Notes: generated from the letters alone by a model not told the origin. DNA of 64,000 bases from IMGVR_UViG_3300042934_000594:186001-250000; one strand, 5' to 3'. Shown: positions 9,844 to 19,828, numbered from the stretch's first letter. Program-made: numbers and translations.

Positions 9844-10257
9844 ATGCGTTTCTTACGTACTCTATCAATGAAAGTGGGGTACCCTATTCGAGCGCTCTGG
9901 CTGCTCGCCTGGGGTAAGGCCTCTGATGAGTTCAAAAGGATGTGTCTGTTGTCCTCTCTGCACGCTCAGTTGGTTGGGTGTGATGAAGACAATATCGTTC
10001 TTCTCGATCAAGTCAACAAGCGGCTGGAACTGTGTCGGTTCACTACCAACATGCGGTTGCCGACTCTGTTTGGCCCTGTGATCTGGCGGAATGTCCTGCC
10101 CATCCAGAAGATCGACATGGAACGAAGCGAAGCGTACATCGTTCGTTTGATGAAAAAGATGCCGTGCTGGTTGACCTACGGTACACCGGACCAGACCCAG
10201 GCGGACATCCGTCAGCTGTTCCAGTACTGCCAGCACCAGCGGGTAACGGTGTCGTAA
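9844..10257 (+). CDS. Hypothetical protein (gp154-like position)
   Basis: ATG at 9844 just after the RNase H stop; ends at a hairpin. Confidence 0.6.
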   Translation: MRFLRTLSMKVGYPIRALWLLAWGKASDEFKRMCLLSSLHAQLVGCDEDNIVLLDQVNKRLELCRFTTNMRLPTLFGPVIWRNVLPIQKIDMERSEAYIVRLMKKMPCWLTYGTPDQTQADIRQLFQYCQHQRVTVS

Positions 10258-10297
10258 CGGCATAGGCCCCTCCCTTCGGGGAGGGGCTTTATGTTGT
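10258..10297. terminator. Bidirectional UUCG hairpin
   Basis: CGGCATA-GGCCCCTCCC TTCG GGGAGGGGC-TTTATGTTG between convergent genes. Confidence 0.75.
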
Positions 10298-11166
10298 CAG
10301 ATGGCCATCAATTGCTTTTCGTTGGCTTTCATCGCGACGGTCGCGTCAGTGATCTGGGTCACCGCGACCGCGTACCACTCCACCCACAAGGCTACGTTGC
10401 GCAGCTCATCGGCCACCATCTTGGTGAACTGGGCACTGGCGTTTGCGCCGGCCCCTTCAGAGAGGTGATCAAACAGGCTGGTAGCGATTTTGATCAGCAG
10501 ACCCACCTGCTTCTCCATCTCCTGTGGATTGGCCTTCGCCCAACGGCTGGCATTGATCGTGTTGAGCTGATCGCACACGTTCACGATTTCCAGGTTGTTA
10601 TCAAACACCTCGCCGTACTCACGGGTGCTGGAACGGTTACCGGCCACCAAGTGGTAGGCCATGGCCGCCTTGACCTTCTCCAGCTGCTCCAGGCTGTACT
10701 GCGAACCGTGAGAGAACTCACGACGTTCTTTGACGTCGTTGGGGTTGCTCAGGTAATGGCCGAAGCGTTTCTGAGCCGGGAGGATCACATTGCTCAGCAA
10801 GCCATCCACCAGAGGACTGACGTCGCGCCCCAAGGTGGCCGCGTAATCACCCATTGTGCCTTTAAGGCCAACCGGGATGTGCGCTTCTTTGGTGGACAGT
10901 TCGGTGTACTGCACGGTGGCCAACACCGTGCGCAGCTGACGGCTGTTCAGGGTTTCAGGACGGCTGAAGTCCGCCGTGGTCAGGTAACGGAAAGCTTCAG
11001 TCAGGGCGCTGGAGATCTGTGCGCCTTTGCGGGAGAACCAATCGCCCAGGTTGCCCACGTTGAACGCCTCGACCGAAACCTCGTCACAGACGTTGAGCAG
11101 GTGTTGCAGGGGGTTGACTTCATCCGCCGGTGTTTCGTCTGTAAGGTAACGTGCGGTGATCGACAT
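10297..11166 (-). CDS. Virion (head) protein, phiKZ gp153-like
   Basis: ATG at 11166; VSVE|AF N-terminal head-protease site; located between RNase H and UvsX as in phiKZ. Confidence 0.65.
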   Translation of the reverse strand: MSITARYLTDETPADEVNPLQHLLNVCDEVSVEAFNVGNLGDWFSRKGAQISSALTEAFRYLTTADFSRPETLNSRQLRTVLATVQYTELSTKEAHIPVGLKGTMGDYAATLGRDVSPLVDGLLSNVILPAQKRFGHYLSNPNDVKERREFSHGSQYSLEQLEKVKAAMAYHLVAGNRSSTREYGEVFDNNLEIVNVCDQLNTINASRWAKANPQEMEKQVGLLIKIATSLFDHLSEGAGANASAQFTKMVADELRNVALWVEWYAVAVTQITDATVAMKANEKQLMAI

Positions 11167-11276
11167 GGTAAAAGCCTCTAGATACTGTGCAGGGACAAGA
11201 CATACCATGGATGGAAACAATAATTACAACACTCCCCAATAAGGTGAGTAAAACACCCTTCAATGGAAGTCCACCC

Positions 11277-12719
11277 ATGTTTGAAGCTATTGAACGCCCG
11301 CTTTTCCGCCCAGCGATTAACGTCGGTGGGATGCTGGATATCCCAACTGGTTACTATGAACTCGGCGAACACGGTGAGTCAATTCTAAACGGTGGGGCTT
11401 CGGCCATTACCGGTATTGCCTCGCGCCCGAACAATTTCAAGTCGGCGCTGGCGGTGTACATTGTTGCCATGATCCGCCGGGCTTGCCGTAACTCCTATGG
11501 CCTGATCTACGACACCGAGGGTACGTTCAACCCACAGGTCCGTTTCCAGCAGATCTCACGCCTGGATAACTACCTGTCGGCGATCGATTACGACCATGAC
11601 CCGCAATTCAGTTTCACCGACTTGTCCCGTTACACCGGTGACAAGTTCTTCACAGCGTTCCGTACCGCGGTCAGCGTCAAGCCCAAAGACCACAAGAAGT
11701 ACATGAAGACCACCCCGTTCCTGGACATTGCGGGCAAACCTAAGCCTGCGCTGTACCCAACGTCTGGCATGATCGACTCGTTCAGTAAGTTCCAGATCTC
11801 TGAGGTCATGGCGACCTACGAGAAGAACGACATCGGTCACTCCAAGAACAACACCACGGACATGTCCACCGGTAAAGCCAAGAACCAGATGTTCAACCAG
11901 CTGCCACAACTGTGTGCGCAGACCGGTACGTACCTGGTGATGACGGCTCACGTGGGTGACGTGATCCAGATGGAAATGTACCCCACCGACAAGCGTAACC
12001 TGTCGGGGATGCAGAAGGATACGATCATCAAAGGCGGTTCGGGTGGCTTCTACTCCCTGCCGAACAACGTCTGGGAGATCCGTTCCAACAAGCCTTTGGT
12101 CAACAAAGAGAAGATGCCGATCTACCCGTGGGACAACAAGACGGCGATCGAAGGCGACACCAACATGACGGTGATCGAGGTGCGCAACCAGCGCGGTAAG
12201 GGGGGTATCTCCAACCTGCCGATCTACCTGATCATGACGCAGACCGAAGGCTACCAGCCGACGCTCAGCGAGCTGCACAACTGCCGTGAGAACGAATGGG
12301 GCCTGGGTGGCAACCTGTCGGGTAACTTCTACCTGGAGCTGCGTCCTGACGTCTCCCTGCACCGCACCACGGCTTGGCAGAAACTCACCAACGATCCTCG
12401 CCTGGCGCGTGCCGCAGAGTTCAGCAGTGAGATGCTGCAAATGATCCAGTTCCACCGCAAACTGGACCGTTCGCTGATGTGCACGCCCAAAGAGCTGTAC
12501 GAAGACCTCAAGGCGATGGGCTACGATTGGGACGTGTTGCTCAACACCCGCGGCTACTGGGTCTTCAAAGAAGAGGAGAAGGATCACGAGAAACCGTTCC
12601 TCTCCACCATGGACTTGTTGCGCATGCGCCAATCCTTGTACAAGCCGTACTGGATGAGCAAGGAAGACAAGGCCAAGATCACACCACTGCTACCCAAAGA
12701 AGCCCCCAAGGCTGCGTAA
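11277..12719 (+). CDS. uvsX: UvsX/RecA-like recombinase (phiKZ gp152-like)
   Basis: Degenerate Walker A (SRPNNFKS), YDTEGT, IDSFS and MTAHVG RecA-family motifs; N-terminal LDIPTG...GEHGESILNGG. Confidence 0.85.
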   Translation: MFEAIERPLFRPAINVGGMLDIPTGYYELGEHGESILNGGASAITGIASRPNNFKSALAVYIVAMIRRACRNSYGLIYDTEGTFNPQVRFQQISRLDNYLSAIDYDHDPQFSFTDLSRYTGDKFFTAFRTAVSVKPKDHKKYMKTTPFLDIAGKPKPALYPTSGMIDSFSKFQISEVMATYEKNDIGHSKNNTTDMSTGKAKNQMFNQLPQLCAQTGTYLVMTAHVGDVIQMEMYPTDKRNLSGMQKDTIIKGGSGGFYSLPNNVWEIRSNKPLVNKEKMPIYPWDNKTAIEGDTNMTVIEVRNQRGKGGISNLPIYLIMTQTEGYQPTLSELHNCRENEWGLGGNLSGNFYLELRPDVSLHRTTAWQKLTNDPRLARAAEFSSEMLQMIQFHRKLDRSLMCTPKELYEDLKAMGYDWDVLLNTRGYWVFKEEEKDHEKPFLSTMDLLRMRQSLYKPYWMSKEDKAKITPLLPKEAPKAA

Positions 12720-12734
12720 CCCTGTACCGAGCGT

Positions 12735-12769
12735 GGTGGTCCTTCGGGGCCACCTCGTTTGTTTATTTC
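12735..12769 (+). terminator. Rho-independent terminator after uvsX
   Basis: GGTGGTCC TTCG GGGCCACC followed by a T-rich tract. Confidence 0.7.
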
Positions 12770-12782
12770 GTTAAGGGCTTTC

Positions 12783-12932
12783 ATGAACAACCCCTATGGC
12801 TTTCAACCCAATTGCCCCATCTTTACCAAGGCGCGCTCCTACGGCTTCAAGGGGAGCCGTTCGCAGTGGAATGAGCTGGTAGGATTGATTCAGGCCAAGA
12901 AACCCCCACAGAACCCTCCCAGGAGCTTGTAA
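12783..12932 (+). CDS. 49-aa microprotein, absent from the ORF track (MNNPYGFQPNCPIFTKARSYGFKGSRSQWNELVGLIQAKKPPQNPPRSL)
   Basis: AAGGG RBS; stop overlaps the next start (TAATG); carries the motif repeated in the thymidylate kinase tail. Confidence 0.7.
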   Translation: MNNPYGFQPNCPIFTKARSYGFKGSRSQWNELVGLIQAKKPPQNPPRSL

Positions 12933-13150
12933 TGGCATTCCCACCTAACTTTCAACTGACGCACCAGTACAGCGGTGAGATTATCTGCTACTCCCGCCTG
13001 TACACCGAAAAGCAACTGCGTAAAACGCTGGGGATTGCCAAGGAGGATTGGAGCCGGCAACTGGGTCGTAATCTGCCGGAGGCCGACACCGTGGTGGATG
13101 GCCAGTCCCTGTGGACGGACACAACGCTTAAAGCCCACAATGTCCTGTGA
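12932..13150 (+). CDS. Hypothetical protein
   Basis: AGGAG RBS; translationally coupled at both ends. Confidence 0.65.
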   Translation: MAFPPNFQLTHQYSGEIICYSRLYTEKQLRKTLGIAKEDWSRQLGRNLPEADTVVDGQSLWTDTTLKAHNVL

Positions 13151-13500
13151 AGATCTACACCTTCCAGATGGCAAAACGGCATGCCCTGGACCGTGCGGGC
13201 ATTCTGTGGTTTGACACCACGGTTAAGTCTGGACCGTGCATACAGGTCAAGCCCACGTGGGCCATGGTGCTTGGACACAAGAACGGTACTATATCAGATG
13301 AAGAATATACTGAACGTTACAATGAAATGCTCGAGCGCTCGTATGCCACTGACCCTAGGTTCTGGGAAGAGTTGTGTGCGCAAGAACTTATAGCGCTCGG
13401 TTGTTATTGTCGCAAAGGTGCATTCTGTCATCGCCACCTGCTGGTGGAGTTCTTGCGCCGTATCACCACTGTCGAACTACTGGGGGAATTTGACCAGTAG
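13147..13500 (+). CDS. DUF488-like protein
   Basis: PTW...EYTERY...LGCYC....FCHRHLL signature. Confidence 0.65.
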   Translation: MKIYTFQMAKRHALDRAGILWFDTTVKSGPCIQVKPTWAMVLGHKNGTISDEEYTERYNEMLERSYATDPRFWEELCAQELIALGCYCRKGAFCHRHLLVEFLRRITTVELLGEFDQ

Positions 13501-13582
13501 CATAAGAACCACACCCACTGCTGTATTTTCGATTGGGGCGTCCAATGTCACCGTTCTTTCTTTCTCTTTTTGGAGTTGTACC

Positions 13583-13942
13583 ATGCCACACCGTGATGCA
13601 CCGGCCGATCTGCGGCCCCAAGTGTTCTACCTGATCCGTGCGTTTGATGTAGAGCTGGCCGAGGACTTTGTCCGTCGCTGCCCTGAGGTACATGACCTCA
13701 CTAGCTTGAACGCGTTTTTCCACCGCATCCTGACGCAGTATCAAGACAACACCGCCAATATGCGCGCTCTGCTCGCTGACGACGTTGACCTTAATACCTG
13801 GTTGCGCATGTTCAAAGAAAACGTGTTGCCCTATCTGCGCAATCACCGTTTCCCACCGTGCACTGACCGGACTGCTTCGCCGTTCTATCAGCTGCTGGAT
13901 GGCTGCTCCTCGGGTCTCTCGAGTGAACCTGCCTTCGCATAA
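13583..13942 (+). CDS. Hypothetical protein
   Basis: ATG at 13583 with GGAG RBS. Confidence 0.65.
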   Translation: MPHRDAPADLRPQVFYLIRAFDVELAEDFVRRCPEVHDLTSLNAFFHRILTQYQDNTANMRALLADDVDLNTWLRMFKENVLPYLRNHRFPPCTDRTASPFYQLLDGCSSGLSSEPAFA

Positions 13943-14036
13943 GGACCCGTTTCTTGGACCTTTACAGCCCATAGTGGACCGGGGAACCGGTCCTCTATGC
14001 CACCATCGTATGTCCTTACTTTGACGGAGCCTGGAA

Positions 14037-14702
14037 ATGTCCCGCGCCCTTGCTGAAAAAGAACTGCTGTATTTTATCGATCGGTTCGCCCCTGGCTCCC
14101 CCAACAAAGCCATGTACCAACGCTTAATGGGCGAGATGTCCGATACCCAATTTGCCGAGTGGTGTGACAAGCTCGCCTCCGGTGCGGAGACGTTGGCCTT
14201 GTACATCCCTAACCTCAACGAACACAAGTTGAGCATGGAGCGTAACTTCGAGATCGCCGAGGAACTCGATTATGACTTCTTCCATCACCTGCACCTGACG
14301 GATCCTCACACCGGACAGATCACCCGCACGGAGGCCAAGCATTTGGTCTTGCTGCTACCGTTCCGACGTCAAGCGCAGATGCTCTACAAAAAGATGTCGA
14401 TCCCTGAGACCAACCAGTCGGTCGATGATCGTTCAGGTCAGGCTACAGGTGCCTCCAAAGGCTCCCGTCTGTCGTACCCTGAACTTCAGGTAAATGCGGC
14501 TAAGGGATTGGACTCCGCGGTGCTGGAGCTGATCAAGTTCCGTGGCGGTGACGAGAAAGCGTACAACGCCATGAACCGGTCGATTCTGGAAACCGGTGAA
14601 GCGTCACTGGAAGCGATCGCTGCAACCACCCCCTCCAAAGTCAAGGCGTCGTCCACGTTGGCCACGTTCCTGACGTCGATGCATTTGAAGAACAACCTTT
14701 AA
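14037..14702 (+). CDS. Virion RNA polymerase beta subunit, C-terminal part (phiKZ gp149-like)
   Basis: RRQAQML..K.S...DDRSGQATGASKGSRLSYPE...ELIKFRGGD resembles the RpoB C-terminal QP..G.a..GG.rfgemE/.El...ksdD region. Confidence 0.8.
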   Translation: MSRALAEKELLYFIDRFAPGSPNKAMYQRLMGEMSDTQFAEWCDKLASGAETLALYIPNLNEHKLSMERNFEIAEELDYDFFHHLHLTDPHTGQITRTEAKHLVLLLPFRRQAQMLYKKMSIPETNQSVDDRSGQATGASKGSRLSYPELQVNAAKGLDSAVLELIKFRGGDEKAYNAMNRSILETGEASLEAIAATTPSKVKASSTLATFLTSMHLKNNL

Positions 14703-14714
14703 GGATTCGCCCGT

Positions 14715-15230
14715 ATGGCTGCTGCCCTGACCCCCATTACCGAACTCTCCACTTACGACGCCACAGTGCGCTGCCTCACTGAGGCGCTGTACGAAGAAGC
14801 CCCAATTCGTGAAGCGGGTGATGTGGGTAAGTTCTATGACTTCTTTCTGGAAGCCAAGCTGGCAATACGCCCGTACTTCGTTGACGTGGAAAGCCTGCGT
14901 CAGTTGGTCTGGGACAAAGTGCGCACCCAAGACACTTTGTTGGACATGATCATGAAGATGTCCTCCAGTTTCCAGATGCGTGTCCAGATGACCACGCAGT
15001 GCAACTGGGAATCTTTGGTGGCCATACTGGCGGGGACCATGGGTGATCGCACCGTCGCCGATTCCTCGATCAGCGATAAAGACTTTCGCGAGAAAGCCAG
15101 CACCAGTGAAGAGCTTAAGTTGATCTTCCAGCAAGACCCCTGGTTGGTCTTTGTGTTCTTTCTGTGCAACAACTTCAATATCCTCAACCCCATGAAGGTG
15201 AGAAGCGATGCTGCGAAAAATTCTAACTGA
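14715..15230 (+). CDS. Hypothetical protein
   Basis: AAGGA RBS; same operon as the RNAP subunit. Confidence 0.65.
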   Translation: MAAALTPITELSTYDATVRCLTEALYEEAPIREAGDVGKFYDFFLEAKLAIRPYFVDVESLRQLVWDKVRTQDTLLDMIMKMSSSFQMRVQMTTQCNWESLVAILAGTMGDRTVADSSISDKDFREKASTSEELKLIFQQDPWLVFVFFLCNNFNILNPMKVRSDAAKNSN

Positions 15231-15918
15231 CGTCGACAGCCTACTCGACACACGCATCGGGGTGTTGTCCACGCTGTACCCTGCGGCGGCCTCGACGCTG
15301 GTGGCAAGCAAGGCGTACTGGCTGCGTGAGCACACCGACTGGTCTGTCTTGACGGATGGGAAGGTCAGCAACGAGCAGTTCGCACAAGCCTGGGCTAAAC
15401 GCACCAAGCGTTCAGCGTGTGAGTCGTCTGTGATGAATGGCTTTCACCCGGTGTTCATCAAGATCCTCACCGACGTGGCCGCCGCAGGCATGTCGGGGAT
15501 GTCAGACTTTGACGTGGGGTTTGAAGTGAACCTGCACCCTTACGACTTCACGTTCGATGAACTGGAGTTGTTCACGGTGTTGATTCGCAAACAGGTGGGT
15601 CAAGACGTACCGATCACGTTCTGTAGCATCCCGCTGGAAGACCTGACGCCGGAGCTGATGCTCAAGGAGTATTCGGCGTGCATCAGCTTTAACTTCCATG
15701 AGTGGATCAAGCTGCATGCCCCGACCTTGGCCAACATCGAAGCCCGTGGGTTTAACTACGTGGCCCCGAAGTTGTTCGAGACCGACCCGCGGTCGATGAC
15801 GGTGGATCAGAAAGAGGACGAACTCACGCGCTGGCGACTGTACTACTTACACGCTATGGACTTTGCGTTCATTGATGTGAAGTACTTCAGCATGTTTCGC
15901 CTGGACGTCATGAGCTAA
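15208..15918 (+). CDS. Conserved protein with HAD-like N-terminal motif (phiKZ gp147-like)
   Basis: ILTDVDSLLDTR N-terminus. Confidence 0.6.
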   Translation: MLRKILTDVDSLLDTRIGVLSTLYPAAASTLVASKAYWLREHTDWSVLTDGKVSNEQFAQAWAKRTKRSACESSVMNGFHPVFIKILTDVAAAGMSGMSDFDVGFEVNLHPYDFTFDELELFTVLIRKQVGQDVPITFCSIPLEDLTPELMLKEYSACISFNFHEWIKLHAPTLANIEARGFNYVAPKLFETDPRSMTVDQKEDELTRWRLYYLHAMDFAFIDVKYFSMFRLDVMS

Positions 15919-15963
15919 ACCTAGACGCTCCCTACGGGGGGCGTTTATGCCGTCTCGACTCGA

Positions 15964-15998
15964 TTCCAATTAATTTGAAACCTATATGACTCAGGTGT
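15964..15998 (+). promoter_or_regulatory. Putative early (vRNAP) promoter
   Basis: TTCCAATTAATTTGAAACCTATATGACTCAGGTGT; near-identical copies at 42405-42439 and 47457-47491; resembles the phiKZ early TATATTAC. Confidence 0.7.
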
Positions 15999-16057
15999 GA
16001 AAAGACAATTGAGTCTTAACCAAACCTTGTGCAATACCACGTTCTAAGGAGAACACC

Positions 16058-16459
16058 ATGTCCCATACTTTCCAATTCAACCCTTTCAAACAACAAGCAG
16101 CTGGCCGTGGCGAATCCGCTGGCGCCGCTGGTTCCGAGAAAGTCACCCCGATCAATCCTGAAGCCGAGGCTACCATGAACAACACTCAAGACGTACCGAA
16201 CGACGACACCGTGAAAAACGAAGAAGCCGCCCCTGAAACCAAGAACAAGTGGTGGGCCATCGCCAGTGCAGCGGCGGTCGGTACCCTGGCGGTTGTGGCC
16301 ATCGGTGGTGTGACCTTCATCGCCGCCCGTGCACTGCGCGGCAGCGACAGCGCCGTTGTAGCCGCCACAGGCGAAGCCGCTGGTTCAGTGGCTGAAGCCA
16401 TCGTGGAAGGCGCCAGCGAGATCGCCAACGAAGCAGCAGCAGCGTTCTTCAAGCGCTAA
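16058..16459 (+). CDS. Early single-pass membrane protein
   Basis: AAGGAG RBS; one hydrophobic segment; follows a promoter and ends at hairpins. Confidence 0.75.
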   Translation: MSHTFQFNPFKQQAAGRGESAGAAGSEKVTPINPEAEATMNNTQDVPNDDTVKNEEAAPETKNKWWAIASAAAVGTLAVVAIGGVTFIAARALRGSDSAVVAATGEAAGSVAEAIVEGASEIANEAAAAFFKR

Positions 16460-16554
16460 GAAATACCCACTACGGCTATGCTGTAGTGGGATTAGTTGCG
16501 GGGGCTTCGGCCCCTGTACCTCTAACTTTTTTCTTATCCAGTAGAGCCTTTATC

Positions 16555-16833
16555 ATGCCTAAAATCGTCGTCATTCAAACCCCCTCGGAAAAACTGTACG
16601 CCACTGAAGCCGATGCTCAGCAAGCGATCGCCTTTCTGGAAACGCTCAAGGACGTTTCTGTTAACGGTCAACTACCGCGTCAGGTGTTTGCCGACGGCGC
16701 GGGGTTTCGCATTTTGAGCCAGAGTCGACCGGACGTCCCTATTCCAGTGGACGCCTTAGAAGCACGCCGGCTGGCAGGCAGCCTTCCTGCCATCTTTGAC
16801 CACCAGCGCTTTGCCATTGTGGAGGATCAGTGA
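16555..16833 (+). CDS. Hypothetical protein
   Basis: ATG at 16555; coupled to the next ORF. Confidence 0.6.
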   Translation: MPKIVVIQTPSEKLYATEADAQQAIAFLETLKDVSVNGQLPRQVFADGAGFRILSQSRPDVPIPVDALEARRLAGSLPAIFDHQRFAIVEDQ

Positions 16834-17195
16834 TGATCAACCAAACCGTGGTGATCACCGCCCCAACGCTTGCCATGGCGCAGCGACTGCACGGCCGGGC
16901 GGGAATGTTCAATATTGCCGCTACCGAACCTGCCGCCCACCCACACGGTGAGGGTGCAACCTTTCTGATACTGCCCTACGGGTTGCCTCCTTCTGAGGAC
17001 GGTGACCGCTATGACCAGGCCTGCATGGAATACGTGGCCTGGTTGATCCAGGTTAACGCCAGCGACAGCCCGGTGAACTGTCAATGGGTATGCCTGACTT
17101 ACGGCCTCATGCCCGACACGCAGCAGCATGTGCTGCAAACCAGTTACTCCTACCTTGACCACCCCATCCCTAAAGGAGCCCCTTATGGCCGATAA
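16833..17195 (+). CDS. Hypothetical protein
   Basis: GGAGGA RBS; overlapping start/stop. Confidence 0.6.
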   Translation: MINQTVVITAPTLAMAQRLHGRAGMFNIAATEPAAHPHGEGATFLILPYGLPPSEDGDRYDQACMEYVAWLIQVNASDSPVNCQWVCLTYGLMPDTQQHVLQTSYSYLDHPIPKGAPYGR

Positions 17196-17400
17196 ACCTC
17201 GCCAACCCGATCAACACCCTATCCTGAACGCACCTATCCCCGGCGAGTACAAAATCGACCCGACCTTTATGGGGGACCTGAACAAGGGCTTCCCGCTGGG
17301 GACGCAGTTCTCACCGAATGCCGAATCGGTCTTACCCAAGACCAATGTCCAGGCCCGACTGTTTGAAGACTTCTTGCGCAAAGTGCGCGAGCGTAAGTGA
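17185..17400 (+). CDS. Hypothetical protein
   Basis: ATG at 17185 with AAGGAG RBS; ends at a hairpin. Confidence 0.65.
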   Translation: MADKPRQPDQHPILNAPIPGEYKIDPTFMGDLNKGFPLGTQFSPNAESVLPKTNVQARLFEDFLRKVRERK

Positions 17401-17442
17401 CGACATAGCGCCCCTCCTACGGGAGGGGCGTTTGCGGCTTCT

Positions 17443-17976
17443 TTATTTGTCTTCGGCGTCTTCCAACGCCCGCTTGGCTTCGATCACCGGCGCCATGCGC
17501 GCCATGAACTCCTGAGCCGTTTCAGCGATCACCCCGACTTCTTCCTCACCGTCGACGAAGTCGTGTTCACCCAAGCGCGCTGGGTCGACCCGCGGAATGT
17601 TGGTGACCACCTCGAACTCAGCGTCGCGGACGTTGTCGTCCTGACCCACGGTTGGGACTGCGCCACCGTCGGCACCGCGCATGAACGGGTTCTTGTTCTC
17701 TTGCAGCTTGACGTAGTGCGTCATGGCATCAGCCACTTGAGCGGCGGAGTCAGAGTTCTTGGTGTCGACCTTCACGCGCTGGGTAGCGATGTTGGTGTCA
17801 TCCAGACCCTTGGCGATCTTGAGCATCAGTTCTACCGAGTCTTTATCGGTAGGCACCACACCACCCTGCATCTGGGCCAGCATCAACTGCTTACGAATAC
17901 CCTGGGTGAAGTTGGTGTTGTCTTCAAACTCCATGGCCTTTACATCAGGATCAAAGTGTACGGGCATCGTGGACAT
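17443..17976 (-). CDS. Conserved hypothetical protein
   Basis: ATG at 17976 with GAGGG RBS; biased codon usage. Confidence 0.7.
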   Translation of the reverse strand: MSTMPVHFDPDVKAMEFEDNTNFTQGIRKQLMLAQMQGGVVPTDKDSVELMLKIAKGLDDTNIATQRVKVDTKNSDSAAQVADAMTHYVKLQENKNPFMRGADGGAVPTVGQDDNVRDAEFEVVTNIPRVDPARLGEHDFVDGEEEVGVIAETAQEFMARMAPVIEAKRALEDAEDK

Positions 17977-18055
17977 GGTAATTCCCTCTGTCAAAAACTA
18001 CTGTTCTACCGAACGTTATAATTACTCAAAGTAAACGGAGACCTATATCATCGTT

Positions 18056-18583
18056 ATGGTCAAACATCTATTAGGGATTATGTCTGGACACCGGCAGAAG
18101 GCGCGATTTAAGCAGTACCGCTATGCCGCCCAGGCGTTGAGTGATCCCCTGCTCACTGCTGAGGTACTCCCGGGTTTACTGTGCCAGTTCTGGCGACAGT
18201 TAGACCTTAATGATATCCTGCACCTGGACGCTAAGCGAGTCATGAACGTCCATGTCAACTTGGCTCACCGCAACTTGCCGGAGTTGGTGACCTTCTTCAC
18301 CGAGTACAACGACGCCATTGCTCAGGAGCAAGACGTCGACACGATGATGAAGAACTGCTTCAACGATAACCAATCGGTCAACCTGGACTTGTACCTGGCT
18401 GACAGCAACGGTTTTCCCATTGACCTTAAAGGCCACTTAGTGCGCCTGCAAGGCAAACTGCTGCAACACTGCGATCTGCTGAACCTTCAGACGACGCAGT
18501 ATTACCAACGGCAAGCTGAGCGGGTTTACCGCGACGTTGTCAAACTCAGTACGGTCCTGGTGTCCGTCATCACAGAGGAGTAA
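18056..18583 (+). CDS. Hypothetical protein
   Basis: 175-aa ORF after a promoter-like ACCTATATCA. Confidence 0.65.
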   Translation: MVKHLLGIMSGHRQKARFKQYRYAAQALSDPLLTAEVLPGLLCQFWRQLDLNDILHLDAKRVMNVHVNLAHRNLPELVTFFTEYNDAIAQEQDVDTMMKNCFNDNQSVNLDLYLADSNGFPIDLKGHLVRLQGKLLQHCDLLNLQTTQYYQRQAERVYRDVVKLSTVLVSVITEE

Positions 18584-18663
18584 CGCACATGGCGTTCAGA
18601 ACCCCGTAGTGGGGGGTGTGTCACACACCCTAACCCACTTAATCACCGTAGGTGAACCGCATC

Positions 18664-19422
18664 ATGGATACAGTAAAAGAGCTTCTAAGTGATCCGCAGA
18701 AAGGGATCAAGCGCAGTCAAGGCGTACTGTGCTACATGTTTCGGCACGTGTTGATCTGGCAGAAATTCAACCAGTTCGCGTGGAACAAACGGCTGAACCA
18801 GTACTTCGAAAAACCGCACAACCGTAAGAACCCTGACAAAGGTAATCTGAACAAAGCGTTGTGCCAGGATGATCTGACCTGGGGTTCGTTTAAGAAAGCC
18901 ATTGACTTTCTGAATCCGATCTCAGCGACTCTGACCATTGAGCTGTTGTGGCAGAGTGGCAAGCGTTCTTCGTACTCGATCAAAATAGATCCGGCGGAGG
19001 ACGAATCCGATCCTGCTTTGAATACCTTTGATATTGGGATCAGTGACGTATTCACCGACCTTAAGCAGCCGACCAACCATTTGGCCCGACTGTTTCGCCG
19101 CATCGTCAGTGAAGAGAACATTGACCTGACTCGCTGGAACGCCATGTTTGAAGCCCACGTCACTCGACCCGAGTCTGGTATCGAGAACAACCGTCGGGCT
19201 CAGAACGCGGCCATCAGCGCCTTGCAACGCAGTGTCTTGGATCCTCGCATGACATGGAACGTCTTCCGTAAAGGCTTACTGGTGTTAAATCCAGTGGAAG
19301 AACGTTACGTGTTGACCATGCGCTGGACGAATGACCCCAACGTTGGTTTCCGTTCGGTGTCTGAACACCCAGTAACTATCCGAGACCCTTTCGCGCCTGG
19401 GAAGCTCCATGACAAACAATGA
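18664..19422 (+). CDS. Conserved protein with an internally duplicated domain
   Basis: Two repeats of L..LFR....W...TW..F.K....LNP...W. Confidence 0.7.
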   Translation: MDTVKELLSDPQKGIKRSQGVLCYMFRHVLIWQKFNQFAWNKRLNQYFEKPHNRKNPDKGNLNKALCQDDLTWGSFKKAIDFLNPISATLTIELLWQSGKRSSYSIKIDPAEDESDPALNTFDIGISDVFTDLKQPTNHLARLFRRIVSEENIDLTRWNAMFEAHVTRPESGIENNRRAQNAAISALQRSVLDPRMTWNVFRKGLLVLNPVEERYVLTMRWTNDPNVGFRSVSEHPVTIRDPFAPGKLHDKQ

Positions 19423-19828
19423 CTCTGATGCGACCGTGCTTGAGATCGGTTCGGCTGGGACTTCCCAGTACCGGGCTATCTTTGACTTCTACGCAGTGGG
19501 GGATTACCAGTCCCCCACAGGCATTCGGTACAGCACCCATGCTGGCTATTACTATTACCTACTTTCAGGCAATAAGGCCGGCCGGTTGTTGGCAGCTCAG
19601 ACTCAGGAGGAACTGAACCGTCGTCGTAAAGCCAACCCGTGGATGCACCGTGAAGGGTTGGAGGAACTGTTGTATGAAAACCTGGTGCACAACACCGCCA
19701 GCAAACCCCTGCTACGAGCTGGGATCCCAAAAGGCACTCGTGTGACCTGGACGGAACCTGGAAGAAAGCTCAATGCTGCGGAGAAGCGCTGGCTTAAGGT
19801 CGTGCAACGTTACATCGACGAAGCGTAA
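19409..19828 (+). CDS. Hypothetical protein (weak NADAR-like resemblance)
   Basis: GIRYSTHAGYYYYL segment; overlaps the upstream stop. Confidence 0.55.
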   Translation: MTNNDSDATVLEIGSAGTSQYRAIFDFYAVGDYQSPTGIRYSTHAGYYYYLLSGNKAGRLLAAQTQEELNRRRKANPWMHREGLEELLYENLVHNTASKPLLRAGIPKGTRVTWTEPGRKLNAAEKRWLKVVQRYIDEA

